Shown here: positions 17,861 to 26,664 of the stretch, piece after piece
How the letters are laid out: every line of letters starts with the position of its first letter
Position numbering within the stretch: position 1 is the first letter of the stretch
Sequence record: DRR723986_5438
Reading direction: 5' to 3' (one strand)
Length of the DNA: 37,746 nt
Translations under genes and position numbers: made by a program
Notes under the pieces: generated by a model
What the model was told of the DNA's origin: nothing
The model's input: the letters and a program-made list of their open reading frames with translations, nothing else
The model's database searches: none

Positions 17861-18601
17861 TTACGAGGCATAGCTGCGCACCAGTGCGCTCGCGATCAGA
17901 GACCAGCCATCCGCCACGACAAAAAACGCCAACTTGAACGGCAACGAAACAGTCGCCGGGGGGACCATCATCATCCCCATCGACATCAACACCGCTGCCA
18001 CCACAAGGTCGATCACCAGAAACGGCAAAAAGACCAGAAACCCAATCTGAAACGCCCGTGAGACCTCGGACAACATAAAGGACGGCATCAAGATCGACAG
18101 GTTCGCATCAGGGCTCAGAGCCTGAATCTCTGCCCCAGGACGCAATGCGGCCATTGCCTGAAACGTATCAGGATCTATCCGCGCCGCCATAAAGGCTTTG
18201 AACGGTTGCACCGCCCGGATCATGGCCGGTTCAACTGCCATGGTTTCATCCATCATGGGCTTAATGCCCAGCTCCCACGCGTCCAGAAACACAGGTTCCA
18301 TCACAAAATAGGTCAGGAACATCGCCAGACTGACGATCAACATATTTGGCGGCGATTGCTGCAGCCCAATGCCCTGTCGCAAGATCGACAGAACCGTCAC
18401 AAGAAACGGAAAACAGGTGATCATGATCGCAAGACCCGGTGCAATCGACAGCACCGTAATCAACAAAATCAACTGGATAGAGCGGGCGGATATGGATCCG
18501 CCCTCCCCCAACGACAAGGAAAGTTCCTGTGCCGAAGCCGCACCAGCCCAAACCAACGTCACCAAACAGCAGCTGATCAGACAAAGGAGTGTCCGTTTCA
18601 T
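17861..18601 (-). CDS. fliP: Flagellar export gate protein FliP
   Basis: LRQGIGLQQSPPN, PSFMLSE..RAFQIGF, FLVIDLVVA, MGMMMVPP..VSLPFKL.FFV..DGW. Confidence 0.97.
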   Translation of the reverse strand: MKRTLLCLISCCLVTLVWAGAASAQELSLSLGEGGSISARSIQLILLITVLSIAPGLAIMITCFPFLVTVLSILRQGIGLQQSPPNMLIVSLAMFLTYFVMEPVFLDAWELGIKPMMDETMAVEPAMIRAVQPFKAFMAARIDPDTFQAMAALRPGAEIQALSPDANLSILMPSFMLSEVSRAFQIGFLVFLPFLVIDLVVAAVLMSMGMMMVPPATVSLPFKLAFFVVADGWSLIASALVRSYAS

Positions 18602-18885
18602 CCCAGGCCGTTCTGCAGATCCGAAATTTCAGTAAGCCGAACCGCCAGCTGCCCCGCCTGATCGCCGCTCATCTCTTCGAGCTGCCCTCGCGCAACCAAT
18701 TGGTCCCCGACATAAAGCTCGACCGGGTCTTCGACGCGCTTGTCCAGCGGCAGAACCGCGTTTTCCCCCAACCCGACAAGTTCGCGGATCAATGGTCGCG
18801 CGCGGCCCACCGAAACGGTGATTTCAATCGGAACCGAGGTAAATGGTGATGCCGTACCGGGTTGTGAATTTGATGGATTATCCAT
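18598..18885 (-). CDS. fliN: Flagellar motor switch protein FliN (SpoA domain)
   Basis: VPIEITVSVGR, LDK...DPVELYV...LVARG, AVRLTEI; SD GAGG before MDNPS. Confidence 0.9.
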   Translation of the reverse strand: MDNPSNSQPGTASPFTSVPIEITVSVGRARPLIRELVGLGENAVLPLDKRVEDPVELYVGDQLVARGQLEEMSGDQAGQLAVRLTEISDLQNGLG

Positions 18886-19477
18886 GTTGTGAAACCTCTT
18901 TGGCCTGATAAACAAAGGCGCTCATTGCTGTGGTAATTGTGTCTAACAGCTCGGAACAATTGACTTCCCGCTCTGCTGTGCCGACCCGCAGGCTGGCTTG
19001 CCCCGGCGGCAAAGTTGCCTCTTCGACCAGCTGCACCGGGAAAGAAAAGTCGCGATCAAGAACTGGTTTAAGCGCCCGGCTTACGCCCTTAGGCACAATC
19101 AACAGTGCCGGTTGGGCCACCTGTTCAGTCGCCATTTCGGTCAGCTGTTCAACGATATGGTGGCCAAATCCCTGTGCCATTGTTTCTGGCAACACTTGCT
19201 GCACAAGGGAATCAAACATCGGCCCCAGTGATGTGGCCATCTGAGACAGGGCTTCGTTATAGGTGAACGAAAGATCCTCCAGATTGTTCGACAATGCAGC
19301 CACCAATTGGGCCTGCGATTCGCCTTGCGCCGAAACCGCATCATCCCATCCCGCAGAATAGCCTTGTTCGAAAGAGGACAGCCTTTCATCCTCCAACAAC
19401 TCCTGGCTGATCAATTGCATCCTGCCAGCCGTGGTCATGCTTACTTCAAAATCTTCCAATAAGTGGGCAATAGACAT
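18878..19477 (-). CDS. fliH: FliH-like flagellar assembly protein
   Basis: FEQGYSAGWDDA (GxxxG repeat region), C-terminal alpha/beta domain, position between fliF and fliN. Confidence 0.7.
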   Translation of the reverse strand: MSIAHLLEDFEVSMTTAGRMQLISQELLEDERLSSFEQGYSAGWDDAVSAQGESQAQLVAALSNNLEDLSFTYNEALSQMATSLGPMFDSLVQQVLPETMAQGFGHHIVEQLTEMATEQVAQPALLIVPKGVSRALKPVLDRDFSFPVQLVEEATLPPGQASLRVGTAEREVNCSELLDTITTAMSAFVYQAKEVSQHG

Positions 19478-21084
19478 CAGACCTTCTCCTCACCTTCTTC
19501 GAGCCAGCTGCGTAAAATTTCGACGGTTTCTTCCTGTCGTTCCCCGATCATGGATCGCAAACGGTCAACCGCATCCTCGGTCCCTGCCCCATTCGGGAGC
19601 GCCCCCGTCGCACCATTCAGCGACAGCGGAACCGGCGTCGTAAACCCACCAGTATCATCCTGAATTTCACCCGTCAGAAACGGCGAAGATCCACCAACAC
19701 CGGGTGCAAAGTCAGGCAACCCACCTGCGGCTGGCGCGGGCAGTTGCGCCGCGTTGGACAGGATAGGGCGGATCACAAACAGCCCCAAAACCAAGGTCAC
19801 AATCGCCAGAGTCGCCATCTGGATCAGGTTCATAATGTCCAGATGGATGTTCTGTAGAAAGGACGAGCCGGCCATAGTCCCCTGTGGTGCCAGTGATGGC
19901 AGCTCCATGGACTTGAGCGTGATGACATCGCCCCGCTCCGCATTGAAACCAACCGCTGACGACACCAGATCACGCAGCGCTTCCAGCTCGGCGTCAGGTC
20001 GCGGCACAAAGGTTGCTGTTCCGGTATCATCAACGATCTGTGACCCATTCACCAAAACCGCCACAGAAAGCCGTTTCACAGCCCCAGGAACCCGTAAAAT
20101 TTCCAGTTCTGTTTCCGACACTTCGTAATTCACCCGCTCACGCGTCTCACTCGTGTTGGTGTTCGATTCGTCCCCCGCAGCGCCATCCCCATCAGGCAGG
20201 TTCGAGGCCACCGTGACATCCGAGGACTGGCTTTTCGACGCATCAGACCGTTCTTCGACATCAGTGCTAATCGCCACCCGCCCATTGGGGTCAAAGCGCC
20301 GCTCGCGAATGGATTCGGTTTCGGTCACAGTATCAACGCTGATCTCAACAACCGCATTGCCTTGACCCACACGGGCCTCGACCAGTCGCAAAACCCGTTC
20401 CCGCATATTCTGAGCCCGGTCATCGGCCGTGCTGGCTGCAGCAGTTGTTTCAGGCGATCCGATCACCGTGCCATTGGTATCAATGACCGCTACATTATCC
20501 GCCGAAAGACCGGTGATTGCGGACGCAACCAGAAAGCGAATCGCATTTGCCTGTGATGGCGTGATTTGCCCCCCTGACGGAACCACGGCAACCGAGGCCG
20601 TTGGCTCGACCGTCTTTTGAAACGGATTCGCAGTGCTGTTTGCGATATGCACTCTGGCTTGGGTAACGTGTCGACTGCCCACAATTGTACGCGCCAACTC
20701 ACCCTCTTTTGCGCGCCAATAGGCGGCGTCAAACATTTGCGACGTTGTTGAAAACCCGCTGAGGGAATCAAGCAGCTCATAGCCCTGCCCGCCATTGGCC
20801 GGCAGCCCCTCGCTTGCTAACGTCATACGAAGCTCATCACGCTGACCGCCGGGAACATAAATGGAACCGCCCCGCACTTCATACGGGACACCGCGCTGTT
20901 CCAGCGATCGGACCACATCTCCAGCCGCCCCATTCTCTAAACCCGCATAAAGCAAGGTCATCGACGGCGACGTTGCTATTCTCGACAACACACCAACGCT
21001 TAGAACCAACGCAAAAAACGAAGCAATAATAATCGCTTGGTTGCGTTTTCCTAGATTCGTCCAGATCGTTCTAATCTGCTGCAC
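19477..21084 (-). CDS. fliF: Flagellar MS-ring protein FliF
   Basis: LLYAGL, GYELLD...FSTT, RAKEGELARTI, ARVHI, PTASV, RLSVAVLVN, VGFNAERGD, two TM helices; GTG start with GGAGG. Confidence 0.97.
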   Translation of the reverse strand: MQQIRTIWTNLGKRNQAIIIASFFALVLSVGVLSRIATSPSMTLLYAGLENGAAGDVVRSLEQRGVPYEVRGGSIYVPGGQRDELRMTLASEGLPANGGQGYELLDSLSGFSTTSQMFDAAYWRAKEGELARTIVGSRHVTQARVHIANSTANPFQKTVEPTASVAVVPSGGQITPSQANAIRFLVASAITGLSADNVAVIDTNGTVIGSPETTAAASTADDRAQNMRERVLRLVEARVGQGNAVVEISVDTVTETESIRERRFDPNGRVAISTDVEERSDASKSQSSDVTVASNLPDGDGAAGDESNTNTSETRERVNYEVSETELEILRVPGAVKRLSVAVLVNGSQIVDDTGTATFVPRPDAELEALRDLVSSAVGFNAERGDVITLKSMELPSLAPQGTMAGSSFLQNIHLDIMNLIQMATLAIVTLVLGLFVIRPILSNAAQLPAPAAGGLPDFAPGVGGSSPFLTGEIQDDTGGFTTPVPLSLNGATGALPNGAGTEDAVDRLRSMIGERQEETVEILRSWLEEGEEKV

Positions 21085-21143
21085 ATCTACCTCCGATTCA
21101 CCGACATTCTGTTCGGCTCACCTCTGGTTTTGAGCGATCTGGC

Positions 21144-21158
21144 TTAATAATTAGTTAG
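21144..21158. promoter_or_regulatory. CtrA-box-like site in the divergent fliF/fliL promoter
   Basis: TTAA-TAATTAG-TTAG, 7/8 match to TTAA-N7-TTAA. Confidence 0.65.
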
Positions 21159-21204
21159 TCCCTGCGGTGTTAGGAATGATGCATGACGTTTGAAGAGGCG
21201 CAGC

Positions 21205-21717
21205 ATGACGGATGCCACTGTAGAAGATGAATTAGAGCCCAAGAAATCCAGTAAAGCTGGTCTTTTCTTGGGTCTGGGCCTGGCTTTGGCCGGCGCTGGC
21301 GGGGGCTATTATGCCACCATATCCGGGCTGATTCCTTTGGGGGAAAGCCACGCCGCACAAGCGGAGAGTAAAGAGCCGGATTCACAGGGGTCTGATATGA
21401 GGACTGCTATGGCTCAGGACATCGCGTTTGTTGATCTCCCCCCTATCATGATCTCACTCACCGGTGGTGGCGATCTACGTCACTTACGTTTTCATGCTCA
21501 ATTAGAGGTTGATTCGTCCGCTGCATCGGACGTGGAAAAAATCACGCCGCGGATCATTGATGTGCTGAACGGGTATCTACGTGCGCTTGAGATGTCAGAT
21601 TTACGCGACCCAAAATCACTTGCCCGCCTGCGGGGACAAATGCTGCGCCGAGTCAGCCTCGTGGCAGGAGAAGGCAATGTTCGTGACCTTTTGGTCATGG
21701 AATTTGTCTTGAACTAG
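21205..21717 (+). CDS. fliL: Flagellar basal-body-associated protein FliL
   Basis: Single N-terminal TM (GAGGGYY), FVDLPPIMISL, PRIIDVLNGYLR, LLVMEFVLN; start at MTDAT after GAGG. Confidence 0.9.
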   Translation: MTDATVEDELEPKKSSKAGLFLGLGLALAGAGGGYYATISGLIPLGESHAAQAESKEPDSQGSDMRTAMAQDIAFVDLPPIMISLTGGGDLRHLRFHAQLEVDSSAASDVEKITPRIIDVLNGYLRALEMSDLRDPKSLARLRGQMLRRVSLVAGEGNVRDLLVMEFVLN

Positions 21718-21726
21718 GAGAAAACC

Positions 21727-22143
21727 ATGGAACTTATTGCAGACATTCTTCTGGTCGCGGGTGCCCTTGGTGCGGGCATGTATTGCTTTGTGCTGGCACA
21801 GCGGCTGAAACGGTTCAACGATCTTGAAAAAGGGGTTGGCGGGGCTGTTGCGGTGTTGTCGGCGCAGGTCGATGATCTAACAAAGACCCTCGCCGCGGCG
21901 CGGGATTCGTCAGCAACATCAAATTCGGCTCTGAGCGAACTAACAGACAAGGCCGAAACGGTGGCACAGCGGCTAGAGCTGATGATGGCATCGATGCACG
22001 ACGTGCCAGAACCCGTAACATCTGCCCCGACGGTCGCACCCGATCCAGAACCCCCTGTCGACGTAGAAAAACCATCACCACCAGCCAAACAATCAGGTGT
22101 TATGTTTGTCCGCCATGATCGGTCCCAAGCAGGGGCCGCATAA
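21727..22143 (+). CDS. Conserved flagellar-cluster membrane-anchored coiled-coil protein of unknown function
   Basis: SD AGGAG; N-terminal TM, YCFVLAQRLKRFNDLEKGVGGAVA, coiled coil, Pro-rich tail; coupled to next gene. Confidence 0.75.
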   Translation: MELIADILLVAGALGAGMYCFVLAQRLKRFNDLEKGVGGAVAVLSAQVDDLTKTLAAARDSSATSNSALSELTDKAETVAQRLELMMASMHDVPEPVTSAPTVAPDPEPPVDVEKPSPPAKQSGVMFVRHDRSQAGAA

Positions 22144-22751
22144 TGAGTGACGCCAAAACATCCAAACGCCGGCGGCTGCAGCCAAGAAGCAGTACGCTGT
22201 TGCTGATTGCAGGGTTGATGCTGACGTCAGCGATCATCCGCATTTCGCTCGAGGCGGGGCCTGCATTTGCGAAAGGGGCCAGCGATGAGGCAATGCAAAC
22301 AAAAGCGGAGCCTGAAAACGCTTCAGGCACTCGGACCTCCTCTGCCGAGTTTCAGCACCTTTTAACCTTGTTCCAAGAACGCGAACGCACCCTGGAACTG
22401 CGGGAAAAAGCCTTTGAAGACAGGCGAATGGCGTTGGAAATCGCAGACGAAGCGCTGGAAAGAAAACTCGCGGCATTAACCGAAGCGGAACAAAAGCTGC
22501 GTAAGACTCTGGCCTTAGCAGATGTCGCAGCCGAAGACGATTTAACCCGTCTGACTGAGGTCTACGAAAAGATGAAACCAAAGGAATCCGCCGCCTTGTT
22601 CGAAGAAATGGATTCAAGATTCGCAGCCGGATTTCTGGCACGCATGCGACCCGAGGCAGCCGCCCAGATCATGGCCGGTCTCAGCCCAACTGTCGCTTAT
22701 ACAATCAGCGTGGTTTTGGCGGGCCGGAACGCATCCGTCCCCAAAAACTGA
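22143..22751 (+). CDS. motE: MotE-family flagellar motility protein (MgtE-N-like C-terminal domain)
   Basis: N-terminal signal/TM, long coiled coil, LTEVYEKMKPKESAALFEEMD...RMRPEAAAQIMAGL. Confidence 0.8.
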   Translation: MSDAKTSKRRRLQPRSSTLLLIAGLMLTSAIIRISLEAGPAFAKGASDEAMQTKAEPENASGTRTSSAEFQHLLTLFQERERTLELREKAFEDRRMALEIADEALERKLAALTEAEQKLRKTLALADVAAEDDLTRLTEVYEKMKPKESAALFEEMDSRFAAGFLARMRPEAAAQIMAGLSPTVAYTISVVLAGRNASVPKN

Positions 22752-22774
22752 CCATGAAGAATCGGAGATAGAAG

Positions 22775-23644
22775 ATGATAGGAATTGTCGGAATCGTAGT
22801 GATCTTCGTCATGGTTTTCGGTGGGTATCTTGCTGCCGGTGGCAAGATGGAGATTATTTTCAAAACCCTTCCGTTTGAGATGATGATGATCGGGGGGGCC
22901 GCCGTTGGCGCGTTCTTGATCAGCAATGACATGGGTGGAATCAAACATACCACCAAAGACATCGGCAAAGTTTTCAAAGGCTCGAAATGGAAGCCAGTGG
23001 ATTACCAGGATCTGTTGTGTCTGTTGTTTGCCCTCATCCGGATCGCACGTTCCAATCCAATCGAGATTGAACAACACATTGAAGACCCGGACGGCTCCAG
23101 CCTGTTCTCGAAATACCCCAAGATCCTAAAGGATCGCGAGGCGGTCGAACTGATTTGCGATACGATGCGTTCGGCTTCGATGAACTATGACGATCCCCAC
23201 CAAGTCGAAGAGGTGCTGGAAAAACGGATGGACGCAAATTTCCACCATGCTCTGCACTCCAGTCACGCGCTGCAAACAGTTGCGGATGGCTTGCCTGCCT
23301 TGGGCATTGTGGCTGCGGTGTTGGGTGTGATCAAAACGATGGGGTCCATCGATCAACCCCCCGAAGTTCTGGGTAAATTGATCGGCGGCGCCTTGGTTGG
23401 TACGTTTCTTGGGGTTTTTCTCGCATACGGTTTGGTTGGTCCCTTTGCCTCCAAGGTGAAATCGGTCGTCGAAGAAGACAGCCATTTCTATCAATTGATC
23501 CGCGAAGTCCTGGTGGCAAACCTGCATCAGCATTCCGCAGCGATCTGTATCGAAGTCGGACGCCAAAACACACCGGCCCACATCCGCCCCAGCTTCTCGG
23601 ATCTAGAAGAAGCCTTGAAAACCGTGAAACAGGATGTCGCATGA
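22775..23644 (+). CDS. motA: Flagellar stator protein MotA
   Basis: VFGGYLAAGG, P.EMMMIGGAA.G, DGLPALGIVAAVLGV, GGALVGTFLG...AYG..GP, IEVGR. Confidence 0.97.
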   Translation: MIGIVGIVVIFVMVFGGYLAAGGKMEIIFKTLPFEMMMIGGAAVGAFLISNDMGGIKHTTKDIGKVFKGSKWKPVDYQDLLCLLFALIRIARSNPIEIEQHIEDPDGSSLFSKYPKILKDREAVELICDTMRSASMNYDDPHQVEEVLEKRMDANFHHALHSSHALQTVADGLPALGIVAAVLGVIKTMGSIDQPPEVLGKLIGGALVGTFLGVFLAYGLVGPFASKVKSVVEEDSHFYQLIREVLVANLHQHSAAICIEVGRQNTPAHIRPSFSDLEEALKTVKQDVA

Positions 23645-25821
23645 AGTGGCTGGCTGGATTTTCTCTGCTCTTTGGGGTTTGGGCGGTTGCCCTGCCCGCT
23701 CAGACGCTCAACGTGCGCTCGGGTGAGCATGGTACGTTTACGCGATTGGTCATTAGAATTCCGGTCGGCACAGAATACACCCTAAAAAATGCTGAAAATT
23801 CAGCACGTTTGAATCTGGCCAATCCAAAGCTCAAATTCGACGTCAGTAAGGTGTTTTCCCGCATTGGGAACGAGCGGCTGGCTGACATAAAACACGGCAA
23901 CGACAACAACCTGGACATGACGTTCTCCTGTGAATGTGAGGCGACGGCATTTGTTGATGCGCGGAACCTGCTGGTCGTGGATATCAAGTCCAGGCCAGAC
24001 AAACCTACAGCCCCAAAAGTGGAACCGTTGCCCTTGGTGAGCGCAAGCGCCAATCGGATCAGTCGCATTCAATCCCGGACTGTGCAAAACAATCCAACCC
24101 TGCGCCTGCCAAGTCCCGAAACCCTGTCTGCGGCCCCCCTCCAGCACAGTTCCCTGACCGAAGATCGCCTGCTTTCAGAATTGGGTCGCGCCGTACAGCA
24201 AGAGCTATTGGTCAGCGACATCCCAAGTGATCCGCGTTTGGCACAGGTGGCTCTGGACCAACCCCGGCCCCCTTCGGGTTCGCCCCCCACCTCCAAAAAC
24301 TATGCAGTGACCACGGTGATCGATCGGGATCTCGGGTCTGCACTGTCTTTTTCACAAGGGGGCACTGAACCCGCAGCCTGTTATACATCTGATGAGTTGG
24401 ACATCGCCAGCTGGGGCAAGGATCAGGACCTGCCCCATCACATTAGCCTCCTGCGCTCCAAGCTGTTCCAGGAGTTTGATACCGTTGATCAGGCTACCGC
24501 TTTGCAGTTGGCCAAATTCTATCTGCACTTTGGCTTTGGCGCCGAGGCAATCGTTATCTTGCAACTAGACCCCGAATTGGCGGCAGATCACCCCTCACTG
24601 GTGGCTTTAGGGCGCATTCTGGATGATCTCCCAACAGGGCCCGAGAACCCGTTTCGCGGCCAGCAACATTGCACCCAAGACGTGGCATTGTGGGCGCTCT
24701 TGTCTGAATCAGTTGTGGAAACCCAGCTTGCAACCAAATCCCTGCAACAAACCTTTTCCCGGTTGCCACCCCATTTGCGCACATACCTCGGTCCGCGGAT
24801 CAGTGAACGCTTGGCGGACGCCGGGCACAAAGCCTCGGCCAAAGCTATTTTGAGGGCCATCACCCGAAGCGGGAAAACCGAAGCTCCGGCGGTGAAAATG
24901 GTCGAAGCCAAACTGGCCAATCTGGACGGCGACGCAGAGGCCTATGATGCAAAACTCAAAGAGGTCATCTATGCGCCGTCAGATTCGGATCAAGCCCCAA
25001 AAGCGCTGATCGCGGTCATTGAAAAGGCATGGGAATCTCAGACAAGCGTGTCGGCAGAGGAATCGGAACTGGCCGCAGCTTTTTCGCTGGAATACCGAAA
25101 GTCTGACATTGGGCCAGCCCTGCGCAATGCACATCTGTTGGCCTTAGGCCTGGCTGGGGATTTTGACAAAGCATTCGACCCGGACACAACGGACGAGCCC
25201 GCAACAATGAGCCCCGAAGGGATCCAAACCCTCAACCGCTTGCTGCAATTGCTTTCTGACCGCGCCGATGATGTGACCTTTTTGCGGCATGCGCTGCACG
25301 AAACCGATGTCAGGTCCAAACACGTCACGATTGAAAGCCGCAGCAAGGTGGCTGAACGGTTGATTGAGCTGGGGTTTGCTGAACCCGCCTTGGATGTTCT
25401 AGATCGACTAACGTCACGCCACATTGGAAAACAACAACGCCTGCTGCGGGCCAAAGCGTCCCTGCAGATACGCCGCCCTCATCGCGCGCTGCTGGAATTG
25501 TTGGATATCTCTGGCCCCGAGGCCGCACAACTCCGCGCCCGCGCATTGGAATTGAACGGAAACCTCCAAAAAGCAGCCGAGGAACTGTTGGTCGCTGGGA
25601 ATCAGGATCAAGCCGCTCGAAATTTTTGGTTGTCCAACACCTGGGACCAGATCCCGGAAGAGACCCAGACAGAGTATCCAATCTTGGCCACCGTCGCCAC
25701 AAAACTGAAGTCCGAAGGCGATTGGGCGGGGTTGGCTCCGTTGGAACAGGCACGCGCCCTCCTCAAAGACAGTGAAACCGCCCGGGGGGACGTCTCTGAA
25801 CTGTTGTCAGCTCTCGAATAA
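23641..25821 (+). CDS. Large periplasmic flagellar accessory protein (N-terminal beta domain plus helical/TPR-like repeats; MotK-like by position)
   Basis: Sec signal, VRSGEHGTFTRLV, L..EFD, YLHFGFGAEA, helical repeats; ATGA overlap with motA. Confidence 0.7.
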   Translation: MKWLAGFSLLFGVWAVALPAQTLNVRSGEHGTFTRLVIRIPVGTEYTLKNAENSARLNLANPKLKFDVSKVFSRIGNERLADIKHGNDNNLDMTFSCECEATAFVDARNLLVVDIKSRPDKPTAPKVEPLPLVSASANRISRIQSRTVQNNPTLRLPSPETLSAAPLQHSSLTEDRLLSELGRAVQQELLVSDIPSDPRLAQVALDQPRPPSGSPPTSKNYAVTTVIDRDLGSALSFSQGGTEPAACYTSDELDIASWGKDQDLPHHISLLRSKLFQEFDTVDQATALQLAKFYLHFGFGAEAIVILQLDPELAADHPSLVALGRILDDLPTGPENPFRGQQHCTQDVALWALLSESVVETQLATKSLQQTFSRLPPHLRTYLGPRISERLADAGHKASAKAILRAITRSGKTEAPAVKMVEAKLANLDGDAEAYDAKLKEVIYAPSDSDQAPKALIAVIEKAWESQTSVSAEESELAAAFSLEYRKSDIGPALRNAHLLALGLAGDFDKAFDPDTTDEPATMSPEGIQTLNRLLQLLSDRADDVTFLRHALHETDVRSKHVTIESRSKVAERLIELGFAEPALDVLDRLTSRHIGKQQRLLRAKASLQIRRPHRALLELLDISGPEAAQLRARALELNGNLQKAAEELLVAGNQDQAARNFWLSNTWDQIPEETQTEYPILATVATKLKSEGDWAGLAPLEQARALLKDSETARGDVSELLSALE

Positions 25822-25983
25822 AACACCGGGTGCGCACAGTTCCGGGCGATTGCTTACCAAATGTCAATAATACGCACTTAGTCGTTGATTTATACACACT
25901 TACACCGGAGTTGCAGAATGCACTACTGGCCGATTGGTAAGCTTGACCCCCTTGAGAACCAAGGCAAGCACTCAAGCCGCATT

Positions 25984-26658
25984 ATGACCTTAGCAGTGGC
26001 GTTTTCTGTGCTGGCTCTGATCCCAAGCGTCGCGCGCGCAGAAAACCAAATTTGCGATGCCGCCGCCACCAAAGCTGCGCAACAATTCGATATTCCTGCG
26101 GATGTGATGCGCGCGATCACACGGGTTGAAACCGGGCGTTCAACCGACGCCGGTTTGGAACCTTGGCCCTGGACCGTCAACATGGAGGGCAAGGGCCTTT
26201 GGTTTAAATCCAAAGACAGAGCGATGTCATATGTGTTCAAAGCCTTCAAAGAGGGCAAGCGCAGCTTTGATGTGGGCTGTTTCCAAGTCAATTATCGCTG
26301 GCACGCCAAGGCCTTTTCATCAATTGACGACATGTTCGACCCAACATTGAACAGCGAATACGCAGCCAAATTCCTAACCAAACTGTTCCGCGAACACGGC
26401 AGCTGGACCAAAGCTGTCGGGGCCTATCATTCGCGCACACAATCCCTGTCGGACATTTATCTGAGCAAATATGAACGGGTGCGCCAACAGCTCAGCACCA
26501 CCCCCGCGCCGCCACAAGACGATCTGCGGGTGGCCCAAGGCGGGTCCATTCTGTTGCACAGCGCCGCCCCCCTTATTGGCGCAGGCCAAAGCACCTACGC
26601 CTCCCTTGTTCCCCTGACCCAGACAAGCAGTCGGGCGTCCTTGTTCCGGATGAAGTAA
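25984..26658 (+). CDS. Flagellar lytic transglycosylase (SLT domain, SltF-like)
   Basis: Signal peptide (ARA), AITRVETG (catalytic Glu), PWPWTVN, DVGCFQVNYRWH, AVGAYHS; start uncertain. Confidence 0.88.
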   Translation: MTLAVAFSVLALIPSVARAENQICDAAATKAAQQFDIPADVMRAITRVETGRSTDAGLEPWPWTVNMEGKGLWFKSKDRAMSYVFKAFKEGKRSFDVGCFQVNYRWHAKAFSSIDDMFDPTLNSEYAAKFLTKLFREHGSWTKAVGAYHSRTQSLSDIYLSKYERVRQQLSTTPAPPQDDLRVAQGGSILLHSAAPLIGAGQSTYASLVPLTQTSSRASLFRMK

Positions 26659-26664
26659 CCCCAG

